From assembly GCA_900770765.1 (NCBI GenBank), contig CAAGLK010000025.1:2388-66387 (forward strand): 64,000 bases of DNA. The letters run 5' to 3'. The stretch's first letter is position 1. Every line of letters starts with the position of its first letter. The stretch is from Helicobacteraceae bacterium (GTDB lineage Bacteria > Campylobacterota > Campylobacteria > Campylobacterales > Helicobacteraceae). The position numbers and the translations under genes are program-made. Below, piece by piece: positions 18,164 to 28,041 of this stretch. The notes beneath the pieces were generated by a model, which saw only the letters and a program-made list of their open reading frames with translations, ran no database searches and had not been told where the DNA came from.

Positions 18164-18973
18164 TTATGCTACTCTTTTTACATTTGATTTAATTAATTCA
18201 TAGGCTTCATTAATTAAGCGGAATTTTTCTGCATAGCCGTCATTTATTTTTTTATCTTGCCCATAAACATTATCTGGGTGATAAATTTTAACAAGCTCAA
18301 TATAGCGGTTTTTAACGCTTTCAAAATCATCTTTAATGCCGCAGCCTAGCACTTGATAGCTTCTTTTTAGCAGTTTTTCTTCTTTTGTTAAATAAGTATC
18401 AAAGCATTCAAAAGTATTTTGTTTTTTAAATGTTTCATAATCAAAATCAAGCACGACATTATGAATAATTTTTTGTGAAAGCATAGCGATTAGCTTTTCC
18501 CAAAAATATGGACTGCTAGATTCTAAGAATATTTCTTGCCTTGTGTAGCTTAGTAAAAATTCTTGGAATTTAGAGCATAAATATCGCCTTGCTAAGCGGC
18601 TAGGGCGGCTAAGGCGTAGGCAAACTTGAGAATTCAAATAAGAGCTTTGAATAATTTGTAAAGATACGATTATATGCTCAAGCATAGCGCAATTTTCTAT
18701 TGTCTTAATGCGTATTGGAAGGTAGCTTTTATCTAAAATGCGCTGGAAGTTTATGCTATCTCTTTTATGCTCTTCTTGCATAGCCACATGATAAGCCCAA
18801 TTTAAAAAATAGTCTTTTTTGTATCTCTCGCCATCGTCTAAAATAAGCACTGAGCTTGATAGCTGATATGCTTTTGAAAAATGCTTATAAGCAAAAGAAA
18901 TTGCCCTTTTTAAAAACTGCGATTCTTTTTCAATGCTAATTTGAATGTATGGCTCTAGGAGCTCTACTTTCAT
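18164..18973 (-). CDS. DnaJ (J-domain) protein, with the J-domain at the C-terminus
   Basis: C-terminal YIELVKIYHPDNVYGQDK...EKFRLINEAYELIKS (HPD motif). Confidence 0.65.
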   Translation of the reverse strand: MKVELLEPYIQISIEKESQFLKRAISFAYKHFSKAYQLSSSVLILDDGERYKKDYFLNWAYHVAMQEEHKRDSINFQRILDKSYLPIRIKTIENCAMLEHIIVSLQIIQSSYLNSQVCLRLSRPSRLARRYLCSKFQEFLLSYTRQEIFLESSSPYFWEKLIAMLSQKIIHNVVLDFDYETFKKQNTFECFDTYLTKEEKLLKRSYQVLGCGIKDDFESVKNRYIELVKIYHPDNVYGQDKKINDGYAEKFRLINEAYELIKSNVKRVA

Positions 18974-19015
18974 AAACCTTCCTTTGTGTTTTTATCCTAT
19001 GTGTTTATAAAGCAA

Positions 19016-21031
19016 TTAGGATTCCACTTTTTGTAAAAACTCTTTAATGGTGCATAAATTTTGCTTGATTTTATCCATTTCTTGCTTAAGGGATAAAATT
19101 TGCGATTCTAAAAACTCTATTTTATTTTGTGTTGTTTTTGCATTATCGTTTAATATTTTAGAATAAGCCTTTTTTAGACAATTCATAGGGCCAAATAGCC
19201 TTGCTTGAAAGGCTTCAAAACAAAAGGCTTCATTTAGATAATCTCTAACATTGTTTAGTGTTGGGGTAAAAAGTGCGAATTCATCTTGATTTATTGCGTG
19301 TTTATTTATCGCATTTTTAATTTTTAAATCTAAATTATTTAGCGTGAAACTTAAGGCATTTTCATAGCTTAGCGATAAAAAATTGCTTAGCACGCTTAGC
19401 TCACTTTGCAAATATGCTACACACTCATTTGCATTATGTTTAAAATCTAGGATAAATAATAAATTTGTATTTTGTAAAATCGTGTTAAATTGTAATAAAC
19501 CATCGCTATTTTGTGCTTTTATAAATGGGGCGGCTATTTTTGGTGCGTCGTGCTGCCATTTATTTATGCTAGATTCTAGCATGTTTGTATGCGCTTCTAT
19601 GCTTTTTTTAAAATGGTCTAAAAATGTTTTTATCTTTACGCTTATTGCTTTGTAATCTCGTGCTAATTTTGTATCGTTATTTTGTAATTCTATGCGGATT
19701 TTTTCTAGTGGGAGAATCGTTACTTCCTTGCTATTTTGCAGAATCTTTTGACTTAGTAGAGTTTTTTTAGTGTAGTTGAAATCCATTTTTATAGATTCTA
19801 GTGAGTTATAAATTTTTTGCGCAAAAGAATCTAAGTTAGAATCTAAATTTAAATATAAATCATTAAAAATTTGCTGCTCTTTTTCTAAGCTGGAATCTGT
19901 GCTTTGCTTAAAGGATTCTAAGGATTTATTTAAAATATTTTGTAAATTTTTATATCGCTTTGCTATTTTGTGATATTGCAAGTTTAGTAAAATGTGCATT
20001 TCTTTTAGCTTTTTAATGCTTGTGTGGATTTTTGCTATTTTTGCCTTTGGCTTTATTGTGTTATTTAAAAACTCAAATATTAAGGGCATATTTGATTCTT
20101 GCATTAATTTCTCTGCATTTTTTGTATCTAGGGATTCTAACTCTTTTTTAAGTGAACTCTCTTGGCTTAGAATCTTATTTAAGCTATTTAGAATCTCGCT
20201 TGGGCTACTTGTCTCTAGCTTCGCACTTAGGGATTGTAAATTTTGAGTTAGATTTATTAGCTTTGTTTGTAGGAATTTTTCTTGTGTGTTTAGCCTTGCT
20301 TGCAGTGCCATTTTTGCAGAAATTGGGATGCAATTAAAAAAGATTCCGCTAAAGGCGTCTTTAGCATAGGTTAGGCTTGTTTGCACTTCTTTTTCATCTT
20401 TTAGCCTATCTTTTTGATTTAAAACACATAGGCTTTTTTGTGCAAAATGTGTGCTAAATTCTTTTAAAAGTGCTATTTCGCTGCTTTTACCTGCATTGTC
20501 TATTAAGGTTAGCCATATAATTCCATCTGTGCTATTTAGAATCTTTAGAGTAGTTTTTGTATCATCGGCGTTTTGTGAGTTAAAGCCTGGAGTGTCTAAA
20601 AAGTTAATTTCTTTTAAAAGTAAAATGGGAGCATAGAGACAAAAATGGTCTATATTTTTAGAATTTTCTCTATTTAGATTATGTAAAAATTCCACACTTT
20701 GAAGCACTTTTGCCCCATCTTTGTAGAGAATTTCTAAAATATAATCCTCTCCATAGCAGATTTTACACACTTTAGAAGTAATTGGCGTAATTCCTGTTGG
20801 CAGAATATCTTGCCCTAAAAGTGCGTTTAAAAATGTGCTTTTACCGCTTGAAAATTGCCCTATGATTGCTATTTGCATAGGTTCTTTGCTTTTATGCTCT
20901 AGCTTTTCAAAAAAGCTAAATTGATAGTCGTTTGGCGAGAGATTATTTTGACAATTTAATAATAATTCACTAATTTTTGATTTTTTTTCATTTTTTAAGC
21001 TAAGGCATTCTTGTATGTAATTTTCTAACAT
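19016..21031 (-). CDS. Bacterial dynamin-like GTPase (DLP), downstream member of a tandem pair
   Basis: P-loop GQFSSGKSTFLNALLGQ, G2/G3 motifs (DTPG), large helical stalk. Confidence 0.7.
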   Translation of the reverse strand: MLENYIQECLSLKNEKKSKISELLLNCQNNLSPNDYQFSFFEKLEHKSKEPMQIAIIGQFSSGKSTFLNALLGQDILPTGITPITSKVCKICYGEDYILEILYKDGAKVLQSVEFLHNLNRENSKNIDHFCLYAPILLLKEINFLDTPGFNSQNADDTKTTLKILNSTDGIIWLTLIDNAGKSSEIALLKEFSTHFAQKSLCVLNQKDRLKDEKEVQTSLTYAKDAFSGIFFNCIPISAKMALQARLNTQEKFLQTKLINLTQNLQSLSAKLETSSPSEILNSLNKILSQESSLKKELESLDTKNAEKLMQESNMPLIFEFLNNTIKPKAKIAKIHTSIKKLKEMHILLNLQYHKIAKRYKNLQNILNKSLESFKQSTDSSLEKEQQIFNDLYLNLDSNLDSFAQKIYNSLESIKMDFNYTKKTLLSQKILQNSKEVTILPLEKIRIELQNNDTKLARDYKAISVKIKTFLDHFKKSIEAHTNMLESSINKWQHDAPKIAAPFIKAQNSDGLLQFNTILQNTNLLFILDFKHNANECVAYLQSELSVLSNFLSLSYENALSFTLNNLDLKIKNAINKHAINQDEFALFTPTLNNVRDYLNEAFCFEAFQARLFGPMNCLKKAYSKILNDNAKTTQNKIEFLESQILSLKQEMDKIKQNLCTIKEFLQKVES

Positions 21032-21040
21032 AGTTTTCCT

Positions 21041-23368
21041 TTAATTTGTCGCAAATTGCTTTATATCTAAGAAGTGTGAAAAGCCGCACTCTATTAACTC
21101 TATGGCTTGTGTTAGCTCTTTTAATTTTACTTCTTTTGTTTCTTTGTTTTGTGATAGATTCTTAAGGGCGTTTTGTAGGCTTTCTTCTTTTAATTTAAGC
21201 GTGTTTGTTAGGTGGGATTCTACTTCGCTTAAATTTTGCATAAAGGATTCTAATAGCTCTTTTTCTAAAATTTCGCAAGTTTTTAGCAAGTTTTCTAAAA
21301 ATGTGTTGAAGCTAAGGTTGAAGCTGTTTTGTAGCGATTCTTTTATTTTAATTGTGTCGTTTTTACTAAAACTTGAGAGATTTTTAAAAATGGATTCTAG
21401 TAGCATTAGCTTAATTTTGGCTATTAGAGTGGAATCTAAATCTGTGTTGAAATTGGCTAGTTTTGGCTTAGTTTGCTCGTTTTGTAGTTTTTGTAAAGAA
21501 GTGCTAAATTGCGATTTTAGCTGTATTGTTTTTTTATATAAATTTTGTGAATTAAAGCGGAGAATTTCTACAAGCAAGTCTTGCAAGCCAAGGCTTAGCA
21601 TAGAATCTAAGCGGGTTTTTGAGAAATTTTGCCCTTTTTGTAAATCATATAAAATTTCGCTAAATATGCGGTCTATTAAAATACTTTGTGCTGTTTGTAG
21701 CTTCTGTGTTAATTCATTTTTTAGCGTTAATAAATAAACTTGTAATTGTGATTTTATGAATTCTAGCAATTCTTTTGTCTCTTTTAGCTCATTTTGTGCG
21801 GCTTCTTTTTCTTTACTTTGCTCTTCTAAAATTTCTTTTATTTCGCCCTCTTTTGCAAAAAGTAGGTTTTTTTCTAAAAGCAAGGCTTCTTTTGTGTCGC
21901 TAAAGATTCTGCTAAAGCCTTGCGTGGCTAGATATATTATGTCCTTTGCCTTTGAGCTATCGCTGCCTAATAGCGATTTTTCTAAATATCCCTCTAGTGC
22001 ATTAAAGCCAGAATCCTCTAAGTTAAATCCTAACTCCTTTGCTTTTTGCGGATTTGTTTTACAAACTAGCGCTGGATAGCTAGCAAGTGTCAAAAAGTCT
22101 AATCGCTTTAAAAGCAGTTCTGCTTCTTTTGCTTCTAAATTTTCTTTTAATCGCTGCTTTATACTATCTTTTGTGTAATTTAGTGCAGCGCTTAAGTCTT
22201 TTTCTTCTAATAAATCTGCGTGGGTTAGAATAATTAGGATTCTAGCTAGATTTGCATTTTTTAATGAGTATAAAATAAAGTCAATGTCAATTTGTGTAGC
22301 ACTTTGAGAGGCGTTCATTGCGTGGATTAATAGGTCGCATTTGCTTAAATAATTTTTTGTAATTTCCTCTCTTTGAATTATAGGGTCATCAAGCCCTGGA
22401 GTATCTACTATTGTTATATTGTTTTCTAGGAATCTTAGCGGAGTAAATAGCTTTGTTTGCTTTGTTAGAAAGCATAGTTTATGCGGGTGATTCGCTGAGG
22501 TAAAGGTCGGCAATTCTTCTAGCGTTATATTTTTAGTTTGAGATTCTTTTTTTATGTAAAGGGCGGTGGAATCTTTAAAATTTTGATTATTTAAAAGTGC
22601 TTTTGTTTTATCTGTTAAAATGGATTCCACCTCGCTCCACTCTTGCGTGTTCCAAAAGGTAATTTCTGCACTCTCTGTTTTACTATAGCTTAATAGTGTT
22701 AAGCTAGCGGTTTCTGGGATTGTTGAAGTGCCTAGAATCTCTTTTCCTAAAAGTGCGTTTAAAAGTGTGCTTTTACCAGCGCTTAAGATTCCTGTTATGC
22801 AGATTGTGAAGTTTTGATTTTTTGCTTTTTGTAAAATCTCTTGTGGTTTGCTTGTGGCTAAGTGTGGGAAGATTTGCACTATTTTGTCTAAATCATTTTT
22901 ACAATTTTCTAAAATTTCTAAGGATTCTTTTAAAAAATCATTAAAAATTATTTTAGGATTCTTACTAGAATCTTGCGTTTTTATAGAAATATTTTTGCTT
23001 ATCAATTCTTTAAAAAAATCTTTAATTAATGGGAGATTTTCATTAGAAACAAGGGCGTTTTTTTCTAAAATTTCTAAATTTTTTAGCGTTTTTTCCAAAA
23101 TGGCTTTAGTGGAATCTGGCCCAGCACTAAAGGCTTTATCAATATTTAAAAGCAGCGTGTATTGCACTTGTAAAATACCCTTAAAACTTATGCTTTTACA
23201 ATATTCCTCACATAACTTTTGCAAACTCTCACTTTTATAAAATACATTAAATCCAGCAGCCCCTAAGCTAAAAAATATAGCTAAAACTTCATCTGCATTA
23301 GGCGAGTTTAGAATATGTAAATTCCCAAGCGGTAAAATATCTTTATAAATTTTTTCAAATCTCTCCAT
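21041..23368 (-). CDS. Bacterial dynamin-like GTPase (DLP), upstream member of a tandem pair
   Basis: P-loop GILSAGKSTLLNALLGKE, DTPG, long helical regions. The arrangement resembles the Campylobacter DLP1/DLP2 pair. Confidence 0.7.
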   Translation of the reverse strand: MERFEKIYKDILPLGNLHILNSPNADEVLAIFFSLGAAGFNVFYKSESLQKLCEEYCKSISFKGILQVQYTLLLNIDKAFSAGPDSTKAILEKTLKNLEILEKNALVSNENLPLIKDFFKELISKNISIKTQDSSKNPKIIFNDFLKESLEILENCKNDLDKIVQIFPHLATSKPQEILQKAKNQNFTICITGILSAGKSTLLNALLGKEILGTSTIPETASLTLLSYSKTESAEITFWNTQEWSEVESILTDKTKALLNNQNFKDSTALYIKKESQTKNITLEELPTFTSANHPHKLCFLTKQTKLFTPLRFLENNITIVDTPGLDDPIIQREEITKNYLSKCDLLIHAMNASQSATQIDIDFILYSLKNANLARILIILTHADLLEEKDLSAALNYTKDSIKQRLKENLEAKEAELLLKRLDFLTLASYPALVCKTNPQKAKELGFNLEDSGFNALEGYLEKSLLGSDSSKAKDIIYLATQGFSRIFSDTKEALLLEKNLLFAKEGEIKEILEEQSKEKEAAQNELKETKELLEFIKSQLQVYLLTLKNELTQKLQTAQSILIDRIFSEILYDLQKGQNFSKTRLDSMLSLGLQDLLVEILRFNSQNLYKKTIQLKSQFSTSLQKLQNEQTKPKLANFNTDLDSTLIAKIKLMLLESIFKNLSSFSKNDTIKIKESLQNSFNLSFNTFLENLLKTCEILEKELLESFMQNLSEVESHLTNTLKLKEESLQNALKNLSQNKETKEVKLKELTQAIELIECGFSHFLDIKQFATN

Positions 23369-23370
23369 TT

Positions 23371-24513
23371 TTATCCTTTAAAAATATTTTTTAACATAAA
23401 AAATAAGATTCCACTTAAAATTAGGATTCCACTTAAAATTAAACATAAAACCTCCCAACCAAAATTTTTATAAATTATACTAGGAAGTGTCGTGCCAATA
23501 GTCCCACCTGTGTAATAAAATGCGAGATATAAGCCATTTGTGATGCCTTTTTGTGTGTTAGAAATTGAATTTACTAGGCTTGAGAGTGTGGAGTGTGCGA
23601 TAAACATCCCAATACATAAAATAAACACAGCAAAAAATAGCCACCAAAAGCTAGGGGTTAGCATAATTAAAGGCGCAAGCGAAAAGATAAAAAAGCCCAC
23701 CACAATAGCATTTATCTGCCCTTTAAGCCATTTTACTATTTTATAAGAAATAAGGGCAGTTAGGATTCCAACTAAATAGCCTGTGTATAAAAAGCCAATT
23801 TGCGCTGGAGTGATATTAGGCAAAATCTTTTTAGCTTGAAAGGGCATAAAATTTAGCGCACTAGAGAAGCAAAATAGCACTAAAAATGCGCCTAGATAAA
23901 TTAGTGCAAATTTTTTATTTTTAAGCGTTTGTAAAATCGTTTGCGGCGTGAGTTTAGCACTTGTTAGATTCTTAGAGGCTGGAATCTTTAGTGCTAAAAG
24001 GGCTATTATTATGCTAGAGATTCCAAGTGTCGCAAAGGTAAATTGCCATGAGATTAAAGAAGTTAAGATTCCGCCTCCTACGCGTGATAGCACACCGCCA
24101 AAGACGGTCGCTGCGACATATAGGCTTACATATTTTTGAGTGTTGCTAGAATCTATTTTTGTAAGCGTGGTAAGCGTGGCAGTAAGGGCAGCTGGAATCA
24201 TAAGGGCTTCTAAAATACGCAGAGTTAAAAACTGCCCATAAGTTTCGCTAAAGATTAGAGAAAATTGAAAGATTCCCATTAAACTTAAAGAAGCACAAAA
24301 AATGAATTTTGTATTAAATTTTTCTAATAAATATCCATATACAATTGGCGCAAAAGCAAGGGTTAGAAGTGCTATGGAAGTAAAAAGCGTAACTTCTGCA
24401 ATAGAGATTTGAAAAATTTCTATAAATAAAGGCTGCATAGGCTGAGCGATATAAAGGCTAGAGATTGTAACAATCGCACTAAGAAGCACTACAATTAGCG
24501 TGTAATTTTTCAC
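23371..24513 (-). CDS. MFS transporter
   Basis: 380 aa with ~12 predicted TM segments. MFS-type loop motifs (GxLxDRxGRR-like GYLLEKFNTK). Confidence 0.7.
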   Translation of the reverse strand: MKNYTLIVVLLSAIVTISSLYIAQPMQPLFIEIFQISIAEVTLFTSIALLTLAFAPIVYGYLLEKFNTKFIFCASLSLMGIFQFSLIFSETYGQFLTLRILEALMIPAALTATLTTLTKIDSSNTQKYVSLYVAATVFGGVLSRVGGGILTSLISWQFTFATLGISSIIIALLALKIPASKNLTSAKLTPQTILQTLKNKKFALIYLGAFLVLFCFSSALNFMPFQAKKILPNITPAQIGFLYTGYLVGILTALISYKIVKWLKGQINAIVVGFFIFSLAPLIMLTPSFWWLFFAVFILCIGMFIAHSTLSSLVNSISNTQKGITNGLYLAFYYTGGTIGTTLPSIIYKNFGWEVLCLILSGILILSGILFFMLKNIFKG

Positions 24514-24658
24514 AATCTGCCTTTCTTTAAAATCCTAAAATTTTAAGCAAAAAAGATTATAAAGTAAAGAATTTTTTAAAAAAAAGCAAATTTTTAAAAT
24601 CGTAAAAAAATTTAAAAGTTATGCTAGAATTTTTTAAAATTTTTAAAGGTTTTTAGCG

Positions 24659-25873
24659 ATGGTTATTAAGGGTGCTATGCTATGTGATGCAAATGGGGAG
24701 TTTAGAGGTGATGTTAGATTTAAAGAAGGGAAAATTACTGAGGTTAGCCGCTCTTTGACGCTTGAAAGCGGTGAAGAAGTCTTTGAAGCTAATGGGCTAG
24801 TTTTAATGCCTGGCTGCATTGATTTATACTCACAAATTGCTAGCATAAGTAGAGAAAATTTAATAGAGCTTAGTCAAAAAGCCGCAACAGGTGGAATCAC
24901 TCAAATAGCACTAATGGGTGGAATCTATAATGCGCTAGGCTTAGAGCTAATTTCTGCGCTGAAAGATTCCTTAAAGGCTGAGATTTTAGGCATTGTAGAT
25001 GCGATAAGTGCTGATAAAAATGCTTTAAATGAGCTTGCTATTTTAGTTAAAAAGGGCGCGAAAGGATTTTTTGTAAATTCTAGCTCTTGTGGGAATTTGC
25101 TAAGGCGGGTGTGTGAATTTTCTTTAATGTTTAATAAACCTATATTTTTTAACTGCGAAGATAGTAATTTAAGTGCAAATGGCGTAATGAACGATGGGGA
25201 ATTATCTGCTAGGCTTGGATTACCCGGAATCTTACCGCTAAGTGAGACAAAAGAAGTAGCGCAAATTAGCGAAGTGGCGAGATTTATGGGGATTAAGGCG
25301 GTGTTTTTAGCAATTGCCACTAAGCGAAGTGTAGAAATTATAAAAGAGGCAAATATCGCACTAAATAGCGAGAATCTAAGCGTGCAAACTTCAATTCACC
25401 ACTTACTTTTAACAGAGGATTTATGTAACAACTATAACACCGCTGCAAAAATAAAGCCACCTTTAAAGAGTGAATCCACAAGGGCAAGTTTGCTAAATAG
25501 TGTTAAAAATGGCGAGATTAGCTTGATTACTGCATTGCAGTCGCAAAAGTCCTTAGCACAAAAAGACTTATCTTTTGAAGAAGCTGCCTTTGGCGTGGAT
25601 ATGGTGGAGCATTTTTTACCTATATGCTATACGCTGCTAGTTAAAAATATGCGTTTGGGATTAAAGGATTTAAGCAGAATCTTAAGTTTTAATCCAGCTT
25701 GTGTGCTAGGGATGGAATCTAAGGGCTTAATCGCACCTGGATTTGATGCGGATTTTGTGATATTTAATCCTAAGGCTACGCAAATTATTGAAAATGCTGA
25801 TAGCCCTTATTATGATTCTATTTTTAGCGGAAGCGTGGAGCAAGTTTTTGTAAGTGGTAAAAGGGTTATTTGA
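24659..25873 (+). CDS. Dihydroorotase-like amidohydrolase (PyrC-like paralog)
   Basis: N-terminal beta-sandwich (KITEVSR), amidohydrolase-fold length and DxD/H pattern. A true class II pyrC lies nearby. Confidence 0.6.
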   Translation: MVIKGAMLCDANGEFRGDVRFKEGKITEVSRSLTLESGEEVFEANGLVLMPGCIDLYSQIASISRENLIELSQKAATGGITQIALMGGIYNALGLELISALKDSLKAEILGIVDAISADKNALNELAILVKKGAKGFFVNSSSCGNLLRRVCEFSLMFNKPIFFNCEDSNLSANGVMNDGELSARLGLPGILPLSETKEVAQISEVARFMGIKAVFLAIATKRSVEIIKEANIALNSENLSVQTSIHHLLLTEDLCNNYNTAAKIKPPLKSESTRASLLNSVKNGEISLITALQSQKSLAQKDLSFEEAAFGVDMVEHFLPICYTLLVKNMRLGLKDLSRILSFNPACVLGMESKGLIAPGFDADFVIFNPKATQIIENADSPYYDSIFSGSVEQVFVSGKRVI

Positions 25874-25891
25874 CGCATTTAAAGGAAAGAA

Positions 25892-26803
25892 ATGGCAGAA
25901 GTAAAGCAAGATGTAAAGACAGAAATAGGCGATGGGGCGGAGATTTTAGAGGTAATTGGTGATAAAATTTTTAGCGATAAAGTGCAAGCGCTTTTTACGC
26001 ATTTTGAAAATTGGTTTTTTAGCTTTTTACCTAATTTTATAAGTGCGATTTTTATTTTAGTATGTGGTTATTATTTCGCAAAATTTTTAGCAAAATATGT
26101 TTCAAAACTTATTTTAAAAATAACAGACGATGCGACTTTATCTGGCTTTTTTAAAAATATTATTTTTGTTGGAGTTTTAATTTTAGTAATAATTACTGCT
26201 TTAACAAATCTTGGGGTAAAAACTACTTCAATTATCGCTGTTTTAGGGACGGCTGGGCTAGCGGTGGCACTTTCACTAAAAGATTCTTTATCTAATTTAG
26301 CAGGTGGAATCTTAATTATTGTCTTTAGACATTTTAAAAAAGGAGATTTAATAACGCTTGGAAGCATAACAGGTAAGGTTGAGAGTGTAAATTTATTACA
26401 AACAATTCTAATAACACCAGATAATCAACGCGTTATCGTGCCAAATTCAAGCGTAGTAAAATCGCCCGTGATTAATGTAAATGCAAATGAAAAAAGGCGG
26501 ATGGACTTAACCTTTAGCGTATCTTACACTAGCGATTTACAAAAAACGCAAGAAATTTTAGATGAAATTTTTAGAGATGAAGTAAAGGTGCTAAAAGACC
26601 CAGCACCGCTTATTGGCGTCAATGCTTTAAATACTAGCAGTGTGGATTTTTTAGCAAGATTTTTTGTAAATTGTGAAGATTTTGTGAAAATAAAATTGAT
26701 TTTATTGCAAAAAGTAAAATTAAAATTTGATGAAGCTGGAATTGAGATTCCATATAATAAACTTGATATTAACTTAAATACGCCGCTAGAGAGTATGAAG
26801 TGA
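25892..26803 (+). CDS. Mechanosensitive ion channel (MscS family)
   Basis: Three N-terminal TM helices, then a conserved MscS beta-domain (GDLITLGSITGKVESVNLLQTILITPDNQRVIVPNS). Confidence 0.75.
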   Translation: MAEVKQDVKTEIGDGAEILEVIGDKIFSDKVQALFTHFENWFFSFLPNFISAIFILVCGYYFAKFLAKYVSKLILKITDDATLSGFFKNIIFVGVLILVIITALTNLGVKTTSIIAVLGTAGLAVALSLKDSLSNLAGGILIIVFRHFKKGDLITLGSITGKVESVNLLQTILITPDNQRVIVPNSSVVKSPVINVNANEKRRMDLTFSVSYTSDLQKTQEILDEIFRDEVKVLKDPAPLIGVNALNTSSVDFLARFFVNCEDFVKIKLILLQKVKLKFDEAGIEIPYNKLDINLNTPLESMK

Positions 26804-28041
26804 AGCAAATTATTGGCGCTAGCTTTGTAGTTTTATGCGATGCTAAATTTAGCGTTATAAAAAAAGGTGGAATCTTATTTGAAAATGGCGAGATTGTAGC
26901 TGTGGATTCTTACCTTAAACTGCGTAAAACTTATAAAGAAGCTAAATTTTTATTTTATGAAAATTGTGCTTTGACTCCGGCGTTTGCGAATATGCACTTG
27001 CATTTAGAGTTTTCTAAAAATTATGGCGATTTTTGCTTTGGCGATTTTGGCGAGTGGCTTGATAGCGTGATTTTAAAACGCGAGGGCTTAATGGAGGATT
27101 TAACGCCTTTTATGCAAGAGGGAGTAAAGCAGTGCTTGAAAAGTGGCGTAGGTTTCGTGGGGGCGGTTTCAAGTAATGGGCTTGATTTAGAAGTATTAGA
27201 AAAATCGCCGCTTAGAGTTTTGTATTTTAATGAAATAATTGGCTCTAATGTAGAAGCGCTTGATTTTTTATATCAAAATTTTTTAGAAAGATTTAAGGAT
27301 TCTAAAGCTAGGCGGAATCCTAAATTTACTCCAGCAGTGGCTATTCATGCGCCTTATTCTGTGCATCCTATGCTTTTAAAAAAAGTGCTAGATTTTGCAA
27401 AAAAGCAAGATTTAATAATAAGCACACATTTTTTAGAATCAAAGGCGGAAAAAGAGTGGCTAGAATCTAGCGGCGGCTATTTTAAGGGCTTTTATCAAAA
27501 GTTTTTTAATAAGGAGTTGGAATCTTTTTATAAACCTTTAGAGTTTTTAGAAAATTTTAAAGATATTAAAAATTTATATTTTACACATTGTTTAGAAGCG
27601 GATTTAAAAGAGTTGGAATCTTTAGAGAAGTTAAGGGCAAAAATAATAACTTGTCCTAAGTCAAATCGACTTTTAAATAATAAATTATTAGATTTAGATA
27701 GACTAAAAGCCTTTAAGATTCCGCTATGTGTGGCAACTGATGGGATTAGCTCTAATGATTCTTTAAACTTGCTAGATGAGCTTAGAGTGGCGTTATTTGG
27801 CTATTGTGGAAGCGAGTTAGAATCCTTGGCAAAAGAGCTAATTTTAAGCGTTACAAGAAGTCCATTTTTAAACACGCCTTTTAAGCTAGGTGAGTTAAAG
27901 GCTGGGAATTTAGCGGATTTTGCTTTATTTAGGATTCCGCTTACTAAAGAGTTTTTAGCACATAATTTAATTTTATACACAAAAGAAGCAGAGGCTTTAT
28001 ATATTAATGGAGAGGAGATTTTGCAATGCCAGAGAAGTTAG
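26800..28041 (+). CDS. Amidohydrolase family protein (chlorohydrolase-like; candidate aminodeoxyfutalosine deaminase)
   Basis: HxH at FANMHLHLEF and a metal-dependent hydrolase fold. Synteny with the pyrC-like gene matches the Helicobacter futalosine-pathway locus. Confidence 0.55.
   Translation: MKQIIGASFVVLCDAKFSVIKKGGILFENGEIVAVDSYLKLRKTYKEAKFLFYENCALTPAFANMHLHLEFSKNYGDFCFGDFGEWLDSVILKREGLMEDLTPFMQEGVKQCLKSGVGFVGAVSSNGLDLEVLEKSPLRVLYFNEIIGSNVEALDFLYQNFLERFKDSKARRNPKFTPAVAIHAPYSVHPMLLKKVLDFAKKQDLIISTHFLESKAEKEWLESSGGYFKGFYQKFFNKELESFYKPLEFLENFKDIKNLYFTHCLEADLKELESLEKLRAKIITCPKSNRLLNNKLLDLDRLKAFKIPLCVATDGISSNDSLNLLDELRVALFGYCGSELESLAKELILSVTRSPFLNTPFKLGELKAGNLADFALFRIPLTKEFLAHNLILYTKEAEALYINGEEILQCQRS

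Noticed and set aside
21102-23240. Plus-strand ORFs 21102..21737, 21756..22079 and 22848..23240 inside the dynamin-like GTPase gene
   Set aside because: They are opposite-strand shadows of an A/T-rich, repeat-rich coding region. The translations are Ser/Phe/Leu/Lys low-complexity.
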